Both the position numbers and the translations under genes were made by a program. The notes under the pieces were generated by a model. It saw only the letters and a list, made by a program, of their open reading frames with translations. It did no database searches and had not been told where the DNA came from. DNA of 64,000 nucleotides from Candidatus Aminicenantes bacterium (GTDB lineage Bacteria; Acidobacteriota; Aminicenantia; UBA2199), in NCBI GenBank assembly GCA_016926835.1, contig JAFGNX010000116.1, forward strand, positions 5,639 through 69,638, given 5' to 3'. Positions 39,624 through 49,835 of the stretch are shown here, piece after piece; within the stretch, counting starts at the first letter, position 1, and each line of letters starts with the position of its first letter.

Positions 39624-40784
39624 TCAGCTCCGAAATTTCCGCTTCAACCATTCCCGGCATTGAGCGCGCGTCGCTTCAATGGCTGAGGTCACGTCCTGTA
39701 ATGAACGAACGGGATGGAAACATGACCGGGAAAGGATCTCTTCAACCATAATGAATATGTCCAAAAAAGAAATTCGCTGTTCGATAAATGCTTCCACGGC
39801 CGCTTCATTGGCCGCATTGAAAACCGCGCCCGCGCTTTTTCCCGTTTTCAACACGGAGCGAGCCAGAGACAGAGAAGGAAAATCCATGGAATCTTCGCCA
39901 AAGAACTCCAATGTGCCCAAGCGGTCCAGGCCCAGGGGTTCAACATCCAGTGGCATTCGTTCCGGATGATTCAGCGCGTAGTGGATGGGAATTCCCATAT
40001 CGGCAATGCCCAGTTGGGCCAGAATCGAGCCGTCACAGAACTCCACCATCGAATGGATCACGCTTTGGGGATGAATGACCACTTCGATCCGCTCCGGCTC
40101 GATCTGAAACAGAAAAGCGGCCTCGATCAACTCCAGAGCCTTGTTCATTAATGTGGCTGAATCAATTGTGATCTTGCGTCCCATTTTCCAGGTGGGGTGG
40201 TTCAAGGCCATTTCCAGCGAGACGTTTTCCAATTCCACGCGGGAACGGCGAAAAAACGGCCCGCCTGAAGCCGTCAGCAGGATCCGGGACACGGATTCCC
40301 GCGGCTGCCCCTGAAGACATTGGAATATGGCGGAGTGTTCACTGTCAACAGGAATCAATTGCCCGTCGTGATGGTCCAGGGCCTCTTGAACCAGAGCCCC
40401 GGCAGCGACCAGGGTCTCTTTGTTGGCCAAGCAAAGGCGGGCCCCTTTTATTAAGGCCGCCAGGTTGGCCGCAATGGAGTCCGTGCCGCTGATCGCCGAG
40501 ATGACTGTGTCTGGGTCGGTTACACCGATCATTCGCGTCAGACCCGAGGCGCCGGAGAAAAAGTCGATGCCGGGAAATTGTTTCTTCAGGCGATCCGCAT
40601 CCACTTGGTTCGCCACACATATGCAGCGGGGTCGGAAGTTCCGTATCTGTTGTTCAAGAAGTTGGATGTTCTTTCCCGCGGCAAGCCCCGAAACCTTGAA
40701 TCGAGAGTTGCTGTCAGCTGACAGGATTTCAAGGGCCCTGCGACCGATCGATCCGGTTGACCCCAATAACACTACGTTTTTCAC
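39624..40784 (-). CDS. dxr: 1-deoxy-D-xylulose 5-phosphate reductoisomerase
   Basis: N-terminal LGSTGSIG NADPH motif; 386 aa. Confidence 0.9.
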   Translation of the reverse strand: MKNVVLLGSTGSIGRRALEILSADSNSRFKVSGLAAGKNIQLLEQQIRNFRPRCICVANQVDADRLKKQFPGIDFFSGASGLTRMIGVTDPDTVISAISGTDSIAANLAALIKGARLCLANKETLVAAGALVQEALDHHDGQLIPVDSEHSAIFQCLQGQPRESVSRILLTASGGPFFRRSRVELENVSLEMALNHPTWKMGRKITIDSATLMNKALELIEAAFLFQIEPERIEVVIHPQSVIHSMVEFCDGSILAQLGIADMGIPIHYALNHPERMPLDVEPLGLDRLGTLEFFGEDSMDFPSLSLARSVLKTGKSAGAVFNAANEAAVEAFIEQRISFLDIFIMVEEILSRSCFHPVRSLQDVTSAIEATRAQCREWLKRKFRS

Positions 40785-40793
40785 GGCCGGATC

Positions 40794-41606
40794 CTATACC
40801 CACACGAAACGCGCCAGTGCGTATAAAGCCGGAGCACAAAAGATATAGCTGTCCACGCGATCCAGTACGCCCCCATGGCCGGGAAGCACAGACCCGGAGT
40901 CTTTGCGTCCGGCCGCGCGTTTAAAGAGTGATTCAACGGGATCGGACAACTGGGAAAGCAATCCCAGAATCGCCGCGCTCCATACCGCTGTTGACCGTGC
41001 CACGGGCAAGGGGAAAATGGCCAGCACGGGGATTGCCGAGGCGGCGGCAAACAACACGGCCGCAATCAATCCCTGCAAAGACTTTTTCGGCGAAGCCACT
41101 GGATAGATGGGAATCCTCTTGCCGTATCGGGCCCAAAGGCTACCCACAAAATAGGCAAAAGAATCTCCAATGGCAATCACAGCCATAAGAAAGAAAAGGT
41201 AGTTGGGTCCAAGTTGTTTTAACCGCAACAGGTAATACAGGGGAATGAAAAGGTAGAAAACCAACCCCGTGTGGACCGCAAAGTCGCGGATGAAAGTGGC
41301 CAGCTGCTCCACCCGGCGGATGCGCAATAAGAAATACACGCCAAAAAGGAATACCAGCAGACTTATGGTATCTGCGAGTTCAGGTTTTCCGAAAGTAAAA
41401 CTCGCAGCCACCAGCAGGGCGGCTGTTCCACTGACGGCGAAATGGTGCATCTCCGGCCGGCACAAGCGCACCCATTCGATTGCGGCCATACTGATGATAA
41501 AAAAAAGAACAATGGAAAAAACCAACTCGGAAGTAAAACGAATCCAGATATATGCCAGCAGGATCAAAATCACGGCGGTCAGGTTTCGTGTGGTGAATTC
41601 TTTCAT
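40794..41606 (-). CDS. cdsA: Phosphatidate cytidylyltransferase
   Basis: C-terminal CDS signature SLFKRAAGRKDSGSVLPGHGGVLDRVDS; ATG 41606 overlaps uppS stop (ATGA). Confidence 0.85.
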   Translation of the reverse strand: MKEFTTRNLTAVILILLAYIWIRFTSELVFSIVLFFIISMAAIEWVRLCRPEMHHFAVSGTAALLVAASFTFGKPELADTISLLVFLFGVYFLLRIRRVEQLATFIRDFAVHTGLVFYLFIPLYYLLRLKQLGPNYLFFLMAVIAIGDSFAYFVGSLWARYGKRIPIYPVASPKKSLQGLIAAVLFAAASAIPVLAIFPLPVARSTAVWSAAILGLLSQLSDPVESLFKRAAGRKDSGSVLPGHGGVLDRVDSYIFCAPALYALARFVWV

Positions 41607-42361
41607 ATTCCTCCAAAACGGCGCTGCCGGGATTGAAATTCCGTTAATGACCGCAACAGCGGCCCCAGAAGAAAATCGGGCCATAACTCCGGGGCGAAAA
41701 CCAATTCCGCATATGCCGACTGATAAATCAGAAAATTGGACAACCGTTGCTCACCCGATGTACGGATCAGCAGGTCCGGATCAGGATCATCTCCAGTATA
41801 AAGGTATTTTTTGAAAACCCCGTCGCTCACCTTGCCGGCATTCACCCCCTGCTCGATCATGGAACGCACCGCTTGAAGTATTTCCTGACGGCCTCCGTAA
41901 TTAATGGCGAGGTTGACCGTCATGTCGGTGAAATCCCGCGACATTTCCTCTGTTTCTTTCAGTTTGCGGCTCAACCTGGCCGGCAGGCGCGTGGGCTCTC
42001 CGATCATGCGCAAGCGAATGCGATGGCGTTTCAACAGTTCAGACTTCTGTTCCAGATTGTCGTACAACATATTCATCAGGGCGTTGATCTCCCGTGGCGG
42101 CCGTTTCCAGTTTTCACTTGAGAAGGTGTACAATGTCAAAATGGGAATCGATAAGCGGGCACAAGCCTCGACAATCAGCCGAGCGGTTTCAGCGCCCTTG
42201 CGGTGGCCTTCCAGCCGGCTCATACCCCGTCGGCTGGCCCAGCGGCCGTTGCCGTCCATGATAATGGCAACGTGCCCGGGCAATCGCTTGGCATCCAGCC
42301 CTTGCAGTAAATCCGCTTCCAGTGACCCCTGTTGAACAAGGCCCTCCATATCAACCAGCAT
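41603..42361 (-). CDS. uppS: Undecaprenyl diphosphate synthase (cis-prenyltransferase)
   Basis: HVAIIMDGNGRWA and FSSENWKRP motifs; start trimmed to ATG 42361. Confidence 0.85.
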   Translation of the reverse strand: MLVDMEGLVQQGSLEADLLQGLDAKRLPGHVAIIMDGNGRWASRRGMSRLEGHRKGAETARLIVEACARLSIPILTLYTFSSENWKRPPREINALMNMLYDNLEQKSELLKRHRIRLRMIGEPTRLPARLSRKLKETEEMSRDFTDMTVNLAINYGGRQEILQAVRSMIEQGVNAGKVSDGVFKKYLYTGDDPDPDLLIRTSGEQRLSNFLIYQSAYAELVFAPELWPDFLLGPLLRSLTEFQSRQRRFGGI

Positions 42362-42498
42362 GGGCCTGATTATAGGGGCAACCCGGGGGGATGTCAATCT
42401 GCAGCGAGGTCCCCGTCCAATCGCCGGGGATGTTGACAATACAGCTCCCATTCAGATAGAATGTTCATTTCTGAGGCCGGGTTTGGCCGGGGTCAAAA

Positions 42499-43251
42499 AT
42501 GGAAGGTTTCAAACAGTTTATCTACAATTACTCAAAAGGCGACATCATCTTTACCGAAGGGGATGAGCAGAACCACTTCTACATCATCAATTCGGGCCGG
42601 GTTCAATTGAAACTGAACCGCAACAACCTGATCCTCATTTCGCTGGCGAAAGGAGACTTTTTTGGTGAAGAAAGCCTTAACGACAGCCAGGACGCCATGT
42701 TTACCGTCGAGGTCATGGAAGACGCTTCGATTATCAAGATCCCTTATCCAGCCCTGGTTGAAATGATGAAGAAAAGCAGGGAAATCTCTCTAAAAATCCT
42801 GAAAAAGCTTTCTGAGAAACACTTAAAGATTCTGGAATACCTGTTTCAGATGAAAGGACAAGATATCACCAGTGACGAACAGCCTGCTGCCGAATCGATT
42901 GAAGAAGAGAATCATGACTTACTCGACCCCGCCATCCAAGCATACCTGGTGATTCAGCGTTCCAACCGGGTAGTGCAACTCACGCACAAAACCACTTTTC
43001 TCGGCCGCCGTGATTACACCAGCGGGTTTACACCCGATATCGACCTGACCAAGGAAGATGAAGAAAAATACATCTCGCGCAAGCATGCCAAGATCCAATT
43101 CTCCAACGACCGGTTCTACATCTCCGAGGAACCCGGTGCCATCAACGGCACGTTTATCAATGGAGAAAAAATGAAAACCGGTGTCAAATACGAACTCAAC
43201 AACGAAGATGAACTCACTCTTTGCCACCTGAGTTGCGTATTTAAAGCCTGA
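42499..43251 (+). CDS. Cyclic-nucleotide-binding domain / FHA domain fusion protein
   Basis: N-terminal CAP-type cNMP-binding fold (GDIIFTEGDEQNHFYIINSGRV...FFGEESL), C-terminal FHA (RKHAKIQF...EPGAINGTFINGE); TTGACA-18-TAGAAT promoter upstream. Confidence 0.7.
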   Translation: MEGFKQFIYNYSKGDIIFTEGDEQNHFYIINSGRVQLKLNRNNLILISLAKGDFFGEESLNDSQDAMFTVEVMEDASIIKIPYPALVEMMKKSREISLKILKKLSEKHLKILEYLFQMKGQDITSDEQPAAESIEEENHDLLDPAIQAYLVIQRSNRVVQLTHKTTFLGRRDYTSGFTPDIDLTKEDEEKYISRKHAKIQFSNDRFYISEEPGAINGTFINGEKMKTGVKYELNNEDELTLCHLSCVFKA

Positions 43252-43384
43252 GGATTCACCGCATTTTATTCTTTCCAACTCCGCAACTCTCTTGCGCTTT
43301 TGTCTCGGGCGGTTCACGAACCACCCCTACCCTTGGCCCTTCACAAATAGCCAATTGCCTCACGCCCCTTGCCGGTTTGTCACA

Positions 43385-44083
43385 TTAGCGGCTTTTGCCA
43401 TAAACTTCCAGATCTTCCGCGTTGGTGATCTTCACATTGTGAATATCTCCATTAACCAGGAAAACCCGGGCCAGATGGAAATGATGGACCAGGCCGGCAT
43501 CATCTGTGGCCATTACGGTGGGATCTCTCATGGCCCGTTCATGCGCCTCACGGATAATTTCCAGGCGAAAACCCTGGGGTGTCTGGATCCTCCTGAACAT
43601 GGAGCGATCCGGAAAACTCGCCACATTTCCTTTCTGTTCCATTCGCACCAAGGTATCCGTAACCGCGATGGCGGGAACAACCGCATCGTTCCGGCTCAAG
43701 GCATCCAGGATTCTGTCCAGCAGGGGGATATTAATCCTGGGCCTGGCGGCATCGTGGATCAACACGTGGGTGGTTCCTGTGGCAACAGCCGCCACTCCGG
43801 CCTGCGATGATCCTTGTCGCGTTTCTTTTCCAGCAACCATTCGAATGCGGGCGGAATCAGATCCATTCATCATGGCAAGCGCTCGCGGCAGCCATTCTGC
43901 TGGTACCACCAAGATCACATCGCGAATACGGGGATGGCGCAACAAGCACTCAACGCTGTGTCGAAACATCTCTTTTCCGTTGACTGCCCGAAACTGTTTT
44001 GGGTCGGCTCCCCCCATACGAACGCCTCTGCCGGCTGCCAGAACGATCCCGGTCGCATTCAAGTCCCTGGTTTCCCGCGGCAT
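43385..44083 (-). CDS. ispD: 2-C-methyl-D-erythritol 4-phosphate cytidylyltransferase
   Basis: IVLAAGRGVRMG, VLIHDAARP, TDDAGLV motifs; start among ATGs 44083/44113/44155 uncertain. Confidence 0.8.
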   Translation of the reverse strand: MPRETRDLNATGIVLAAGRGVRMGGADPKQFRAVNGKEMFRHSVECLLRHPRIRDVILVVPAEWLPRALAMMNGSDSARIRMVAGKETRQGSSQAGVAAVATGTTHVLIHDAARPRINIPLLDRILDALSRNDAVVPAIAVTDTLVRMEQKGNVASFPDRSMFRRIQTPQGFRLEIIREAHERAMRDPTVMATDDAGLVHHFHLARVFLVNGDIHNVKITNAEDLEVYGKSR

Positions 44084-44137
44084 GTACCGCCTCCCGTTGC
44101 GATTATACGCCATCCGCAAAACGGCCTCAACTGCATC

Positions 44138-44167
44138 CGGATCCGTTGACACCATAGGGGCAATCAT
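44138..44167 (+). promoter_or_regulatory. Putative sigma70 promoter for rpmE (TTGACA-18-TAGAAT)
   Basis: ttgacaccataggggcaatcatgctagaat about 28 nt upstream of rpmE ATG; divergent from ispD. Confidence 0.45.
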
Positions 44168-44194
44168 GCTAGAATCCACGTTTCGGAGGCATTC

Positions 44195-44401
44195 ATGAAG
44201 AAAGGGATTCACCCCGAATATATGGAATGTACGGTCACCTGTGCCTGCGGCAATACGTTCAAGACCCGGGCCACGGTGAAAGAGATTGAAGTGGAAATCT
44301 GTTCCAACTGCCATCCTTTCTATACGGGCAAACAGAAATACGTGGATACAGAAGGCCGTATTGAAAAGTTTAAGAAGAAGTATGGCTACAAGGAGCAATG
44401 A
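44195..44401 (+). CDS. rpmE: 50S ribosomal protein L31 (zinc-ribbon type)
   Basis: MKKGIHPEY...CACGNTF...[13 protein letters not shown], 68 aa. Confidence 0.95.
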   Translation: MKKGIHPEYMECTVTCACGNTFKTRATVKEIEVEICSNCHPFYTGKQKYVDTEGRIEKFKKKYGYKEQ

Positions 44402-45506
44402 CACCCTTCTCTCCTGCCTGCACAATCTCTACAAGAAAGCGGAAGTCCTGACGCAGCACCTGGCGGAAATGGATGTAACCGCCCACCCCGAAAAATTCCG
44501 TGATCTCTCACGGGAATTGTCTCAGATCAAACCCGTAAGCGATCTGTACCTGGATCTGTGCCGCTATGAAAAAGAGCGTTCCGAAGCACTTGAAATCGCC
44601 AAAACTGAGAATGATCCGGAAATGACTCTGCTCGCACAGAATGAAGTGGCCAGGTTGGACAGACAAATCGCTGAACTCACGATCCGTGTCCGCCGTCTGC
44701 TGGTTCGGGATGCGGCCGCGGATCACCGCAACGTCTATCTGGAAATCCGCGCCGGCACCGGAGGCGATGAGGCCTCCCTTTTTGCCGCGGATCTGCTGCG
44801 CATGTACCACCGCGTCGCGGAACGCCTGCAATGGAAAGCCGATGTCATTTCCACCACATATTCCACAATCGGCGGCATCAAGGAAGTGATTCTCCACTTG
44901 CGTGGAAACGACGTATACGGTCAACTCAAGTTCGAAAGCGGGGTACATCGCGTTCAGCGGGTGCCGGCAACCGAATCCAGCGGCCGCATCCACACATCTA
45001 CCGCAACCGTAGCCGTGCTGCCTGAAGTGCGGGATGTGGAAGTCAATCTGAACCCGGCCGAAATCCGCATCGATACGTATCGGGCCTCCGGAAGCGGGGG
45101 ACAACATGTCAACAAAACCGAGTCCGCCATCCGCATCACCCATTTCCCGTCAGGAATCGTGGTCACCTGCCAGGACGAGTCTTCCCAGCACAAAAATCGC
45201 GACAAGGCCTTGGCCGTACTGAAATCCCGCCTGTACGAAGAGGAATTGCGCCAGCAGGAAGAGGGGATTGCCTCGGATCGTCGCGCCCAGGTCGGTTCCG
45301 GTGAACGTTCCGAAAAGATCCGCACCTACAATTTTCCCCAGAACCGCGCCACGGATCACCGCATTTCCGGGCGAAATTTCAACCTGGAAAGTGTTCTTGA
45401 CGGCAACATCAGCGACCTGCTCGCCGCCCTGGCCAGCCGTCATGAAGAACGGGTCCTGGAGCAGCGATTCCGCGAACTATCCGCACCGTGCGCTACGGAG
45501 AACTGA
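44382..45506 (+). CDS. prfA: Peptide chain release factor 1
   Basis: GGQ motif [19 protein letters not shown]; about 374 aa from ATG 44382 (overlaps rpmE by 20 nt). Confidence 0.9.
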   Translation: MATRSNDTLLSCLHNLYKKAEVLTQHLAEMDVTAHPEKFRDLSRELSQIKPVSDLYLDLCRYEKERSEALEIAKTENDPEMTLLAQNEVARLDRQIAELTIRVRRLLVRDAAADHRNVYLEIRAGTGGDEASLFAADLLRMYHRVAERLQWKADVISTTYSTIGGIKEVILHLRGNDVYGQLKFESGVHRVQRVPATESSGRIHTSTATVAVLPEVRDVEVNLNPAEIRIDTYRASGSGGQHVNKTESAIRITHFPSGIVVTCQDESSQHKNRDKALAVLKSRLYEEELRQQEEGIASDRRAQVGSGERSEKIRTYNFPQNRATDHRISGRNFNLESVLDGNISDLLAALASRHEERVLEQRFRELSAPCATEN

Positions 45507-46315
45507 TTAGCGATGCCCTGCAGAAAGGGTGCCAGGCAGGAATCGAACCGCTGGAAATAGAACTTCTGCTTTGCGATGCCTTCACAATTTCCCGCAGCCG
45601 CTATTGGACAATCCGCCAGGATGAGGTTACGAACAAGCGGAGTATGAAACGCTTTATCAGGAAACTGAAAAGGCTGATGCGGGGTGAGCCGCTCGATTAC
45701 ATTCTGAAGAAGCGCGAGTTCTTTTCCCGCGTTTTTGTCGTGGATCGCCGCGTACTGGTTCCCCGCCCGGAAACGGAAATTCTGGTTGAGCAAACCCTGG
45801 CCCGCATCCGCCCGAAAGATACCGTTCTGGATATCGGTGCCGGTTCCGGGTGTGTTTCCGTCACCCTGGCACTGGAAGCGAATGTACAGGTGACCGCTCT
45901 GGAGATCGACCGGCGTGCCAGGCGCCTGTTGCAAACGAACATCGGTCGATTCGGAGTTGAAAAACGGGTCACAGCCTGCGGTGGAGATCTTTTCCCTCGC
46001 AAAGGCGGACCATGGCAGATCATTGTGGCCAATCCCCCCTACTTGAGTGATGCGGAATACCGCGCTTTGCCTGCGCGAATCCGCAGGTTTGAACCCCGTC
46101 GGGCTTTGGTCGGCGGCCCGAAAGGAAGCGAGATCCTGCTTCGCATCGTATCGGGATCCCATTCCAGAATCCGTCCCGGCGGGTGGCTGGTGTTGGAAAC
46201 CGGCGCTGACCAGGCACGGGAAATCGCCACGGCCATGAAAACGCGCGGCTTTGACCCGGTTCAAATCGAAGTGGACCTTGCGGGCATTGAGCGGGTAGTG
46301 GCGGGACGGCGTTGA
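45488..46315 (+). CDS. prmC: Release factor glutamine N5-methyltransferase PrmC/HemK
   Basis: SAM motif DIGAGSG and NPPY catalytic motif; overlaps prfA end. Confidence 0.85.
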   Translation: MRYGELISDALQKGCQAGIEPLEIELLLCDAFTISRSRYWTIRQDEVTNKRSMKRFIRKLKRLMRGEPLDYILKKREFFSRVFVVDRRVLVPRPETEILVEQTLARIRPKDTVLDIGAGSGCVSVTLALEANVQVTALEIDRRARRLLQTNIGRFGVEKRVTACGGDLFPRKGGPWQIIVANPPYLSDAEYRALPARIRRFEPRRALVGGPKGSEILLRIVSGSHSRIRPGGWLVLETGADQAREIATAMKTRGFDPVQIEVDLAGIERVVAGRR

Positions 46316-47640
46316 ACATTCTGTTCCTGACCCCCTATATCACCGACTTCTCAGCTTATGACCTCTGGCTGCGCCCCCTGGGGCTCATGCAGGTGGCGGC
46401 TGCGGTTAAATCCAGGACGAATTGTCGCGTGTTCTGGATCAACCCCCTGGACCGCTATGCCGGCTCCGGAAGTCATTCCGGCTCGGATGACGGTTGTGGA
46501 CATTTCCACCGCACCGTTATCGCCAAACCGGAATGTTTCAAACCTGTTCCCCGGCACTACGCACGCTACGGCTGGCCCCTGGATGTGTTTGAATCACGGC
46601 TGCAAACCCTTCCGCCAATGGACTTGATCTGCATGACCACGCTCATGACCTATTGGGTGGACGGGGCGGTTTTTACCCTAGAAGCGGTCCGGCGCCATTC
46701 TCCACGCGCTGTTACGGCCGTGGGGGGCATTCTGCCCACACTGATGCCTGCGGCAAGCCGACGTGAAATCAGGGCGGATCACCATATCTTTGGAGCTGGT
46801 GAAAACCAGTTGCTTGATCTGATTCAACGCATCGGCGGCCGCGAATTGTTTAAAACCCGGCCCTCACCCATCCGTCTGGAAGAGTTCCTCTCTCCCGCAG
46901 ACCCCGCCTATCCCCTGCTTACCTCACGAGGCTGCCCCATGCGCTGCAGTTATTGCGCTTCACGCTTGCTGAACCCGGAATTCAGCCAACGTCCGGTAAA
47001 CGAAATCGTCACTGAAATCTGCACTGCCAGCCGCTTACGCCGCCATTTCGTGTTTTTCGATGATGCCCTGTTAATAGACAAAGAGAAACGTTTTATACCC
47101 GTGGCCCGGGCCGTTTCCGGAATGAACCTGCGGCTGCATACGCCCAATGGTCTGCATGTGCGTGAAATCAACGCCGCCACCGCCCAAGCCCTTCACGAAG
47201 CGGGCACCCGCACGCTGCGCCTGAGCCTGGAAACCACCGCATCGGATATCCATGACCGGGGCGGCGGTAAAGCGGACACCGACACCATGCGCCGGGCGGT
47301 GGACCACCTGCTGGAAGCCGGATTCTATCCGGCAAACCTGGAAACCTACGTATTGTGGGGATTGCCCGGCCAATCCATCGCATCGGTTCACGCCACCCTG
47401 GATTTTGTAGAGAACCTGAGGATCATCCCCCGCCTGGCGGATTACTCTCCCGTACCCGGCACCCCCGACTGCCGGCGCCTGCAGTCGTCCGGTCGCCTGG
47501 GCCGTTCCCCGGATCCCCGGCGTACCAACAAGCTCTACCACCTGCTGCAAACCAGCGGTTATTCCGATGACGACATCAAAACCGTGCGCGCCCGTTGCCG
47601 CGATATCGTTTTCCGGGTTCGGAATTGCCATTCACACTGA
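46312..47640 (+). CDS. B12-binding-domain radical SAM protein
   Basis: N-terminal Rossmann-like B12-binding-like region; CxxxCxxC cluster motif SRGCPMRCSYC; 442 aa; ATG overlaps prmC stop by 4 nt. Confidence 0.7.
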   Translation: MNILFLTPYITDFSAYDLWLRPLGLMQVAAAVKSRTNCRVFWINPLDRYAGSGSHSGSDDGCGHFHRTVIAKPECFKPVPRHYARYGWPLDVFESRLQTLPPMDLICMTTLMTYWVDGAVFTLEAVRRHSPRAVTAVGGILPTLMPAASRREIRADHHIFGAGENQLLDLIQRIGGRELFKTRPSPIRLEEFLSPADPAYPLLTSRGCPMRCSYCASRLLNPEFSQRPVNEIVTEICTASRLRRHFVFFDDALLIDKEKRFIPVARAVSGMNLRLHTPNGLHVREINAATAQALHEAGTRTLRLSLETTASDIHDRGGGKADTDTMRRAVDHLLEAGFYPANLETYVLWGLPGQSIASVHATLDFVENLRIIPRLADYSPVPGTPDCRRLQSSGRLGRSPDPRRTNKLYHLLQTSGYSDDDIKTVRARCRDIVFRVRNCHSH

Positions 47641-47659
47641 TTTGGGTTATGAATGGGTC

Positions 47660-49147
47660 ATGGCGGTAAAGAACCAATCCAAATCCCGTAACGATTCGAA
47701 AAGAATGCCGGGCAAGACACGGGCCTGCCGTTGGCTCGCGCTTTTCCTGCTGATGTTTTCAATGGGCGGGCTCTGCCTGGGACGGCGCACACAGAATTCA
47801 GAAATGCCTGTTCGGATTAGACCCGAACACTACCGTATTGCGGTTGAGATCGTTCCCGGTCAGGGTTTTCTAGAGGCAAGCGCGACCATCCACCTGATGC
47901 TTGATCAGCCCGCTCCGCCGACCCTGTCGTTCTTTCTGCACGAGACTTTTCGCATTGAAGAGTTGGTCCTTAACGGAAACAAAACTCCCTTCTCCATGAC
48001 CCCCGCCCCACCGCAAAAACTGCATCCTGCGCGCCAGCGGGTGGACATCCAATTGGACGGAAAAACGCGTGCGCTGCCACAAATCGACATCTTCATCCGC
48101 TACGGCGGCGTATTGAAAAAACTGCCCCAGTGGGGTTTGCAGAAACCGCACAAGTTGTCAATGGACGATACCATTGGACCCGAACGTGTTGAGCTGGCCG
48201 CCTATTCCGCCTGGTACCCCCAATTTCCGGAAAAACACTGGTTCAGCCTGGAAGTTGAAGTCAGCGTTCCGGCAAACTGGAAAACCGTCGCCTCTGGAGA
48301 ATGTATCGCAACCCGCGTGGAAAAAAACAGAATTCACACCAACTGGGCATCCCCGCGGAACCAGGACCTGGTGATTGTGGCCAGCCCGGATTTCAAGGAA
48401 ATTCAAGTCCCGGCCGGCAGTGAATTCGGTACGATATCCGTGTTTCACACCCGTCTGCCCGCTGATTTCATTCAGCGCGAAGCCCGAGAAATGTTTCAAA
48501 CACTCAAATACTTTCTGGAATGGCTCGGCCCGCTTCTGCACACGGGAAGCAGCCTGCGTCATGTCTATTCCCCCCGCGAAATGGGTCAGGGCGGCTATTC
48601 CAGGCCGGGTTTGGTCATCACTTCGGAGGGACGTGTCCTGGCCGCCCTCGAGTCCATCCCGACACTTTCTTTCAGGCGCGGCAACGCCCATGAATTGGCT
48701 CACTTTTGGTGGAATTTCGGCCGTGGCCAGGCGGACTGGATCAACGAAGCGTTCGCCGAGTATTTCTCTCTACTGGTTCTGGAAGCGGCGGGAAACGCCG
48801 TGGACTCTGCCGTTTACTTAAAGGAGTGCGCTGGGCGGGTGAGAACTCTGCCGAACGGTATAACCGCCATGTCGAAAGTTCCCGCAGAAAATTCCGCATC
48901 CAACCACGTGGTCCGGTACTGCCAGGGGGCGCTGATGTTGCATTATTTCCGTTCCAGAATGGGCGATAAAACGTTTTTGGCAGCCTGTCGCGGCTTTTAC
49001 CTGGCATTCAGGGAAGCTGGCGCAAGTACACAAGATTTCCGCGACTACTGGAGCCGGCAGAAAGGTCTGGACACGGCTATTGTGAACCGCTGGCTGGATA
49101 CACCCGGAAATCAGATTGTGTTTTTTCCGGAAGCTGTGAACAAATAA
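47660..49147 (+). CDS. M1-family (gluzincin) metallopeptidase, secreted/lipoprotein-like
   Basis: HELAHFWW...WINEAFAEY (HExxH-x18-E); possible signal peptide if start at ATG 47705 (MPGKTRACRWLALFLLMFSMGGLC). Confidence 0.65.
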   Translation: MAVKNQSKSRNDSKRMPGKTRACRWLALFLLMFSMGGLCLGRRTQNSEMPVRIRPEHYRIAVEIVPGQGFLEASATIHLMLDQPAPPTLSFFLHETFRIEELVLNGNKTPFSMTPAPPQKLHPARQRVDIQLDGKTRALPQIDIFIRYGGVLKKLPQWGLQKPHKLSMDDTIGPERVELAAYSAWYPQFPEKHWFSLEVEVSVPANWKTVASGECIATRVEKNRIHTNWASPRNQDLVIVASPDFKEIQVPAGSEFGTISVFHTRLPADFIQREAREMFQTLKYFLEWLGPLLHTGSSLRHVYSPREMGQGGYSRPGLVITSEGRVLAALESIPTLSFRRGNAHELAHFWWNFGRGQADWINEAFAEYFSLLVLEAAGNAVDSAVYLKECAGRVRTLPNGITAMSKVPAENSASNHVVRYCQGALMLHYFRSRMGDKTFLAACRGFYLAFREAGASTQDFRDYWSRQKGLDTAIVNRWLDTPGNQIVFFPEAVNK

Positions 49148-49207
49148 GTGAAATAGAGCCCCTTTTAGCGATTTTTGTGTTATATCAAAGACAACAGGAG
49201 GAATCAG

Positions 49208-49807
49208 ATGGAAAAAATTGTCGGACAACTGGTGAATATGCTGGGAAAGGGCGATGGCCTTTCCAACTTGAGTAACGCCATAGGGGGATCACCGCGAGCG
49301 ACCCGTTCGGCCCTGGAGCTTGTGTTGCCATCAATGATTCATGCCATGAACCGCAACACCAACAGCCGGGAAGGCGCCGGATCCCTGCTCAATGCCTTGA
49401 AACGCGATCATGACGGCAGCATCCTGGATCGTCTGGGAGAAGCCGTATCCCGGCCCGATGAAAATGCCGGCATGGGAATTCTGGGACACCTGTTCGGAGC
49501 CAAGACCAGGGCGGTGGAATCCGGTGTGGGCCGCGCTACCGGACTCGACGCGGGTCAGATCACCCGCCTCATGGTGACCGTTGCCCCGATAGTACTGGGA
49601 TTGCTGGGTAAACTCCGCAATCAGAAAAACCTGGACAGCGATGCCCTCAGTAACCTGCTGGGAAGAGAAGACGAAAGGGTTCGTCCCCGAACAAAGAAAC
49701 GCCTCTCTCCCCTGCTGCAATTCCTGGACCAGGATGGAGACGGAGATGTCAGCGGAGAAGTCATCCGCATCGGCACGGGTTTATTGGGACGATTGTTTAA
49801 GCGGTAA
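49208..49807 (+). CDS. DUF937 (YidB-like) family protein
   Basis: DHDGSILD and GMGILGHLFG ... APIVLGLLGK blocks typical of DUF937; RBS AGGAGG. Confidence 0.55.
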   Translation: MEKIVGQLVNMLGKGDGLSNLSNAIGGSPRATRSALELVLPSMIHAMNRNTNSREGAGSLLNALKRDHDGSILDRLGEAVSRPDENAGMGILGHLFGAKTRAVESGVGRATGLDAGQITRLMVTVAPIVLGLLGKLRNQKNLDSDALSNLLGREDERVRPRTKKRLSPLLQFLDQDGDGDVSGEVIRIGTGLLGRLFKR

Positions 49808-49835
49808 AAAATACAGTTTTAGAAGGAGGAAAACC

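Noticed and set aside
43506-44198. 230-aa ORF on the + strand opposite ispD
   Set aside because: Antisense to a well-supported ispD with clear motifs; Ala/Arg/Ser-rich composition typical of shadow ORFs.
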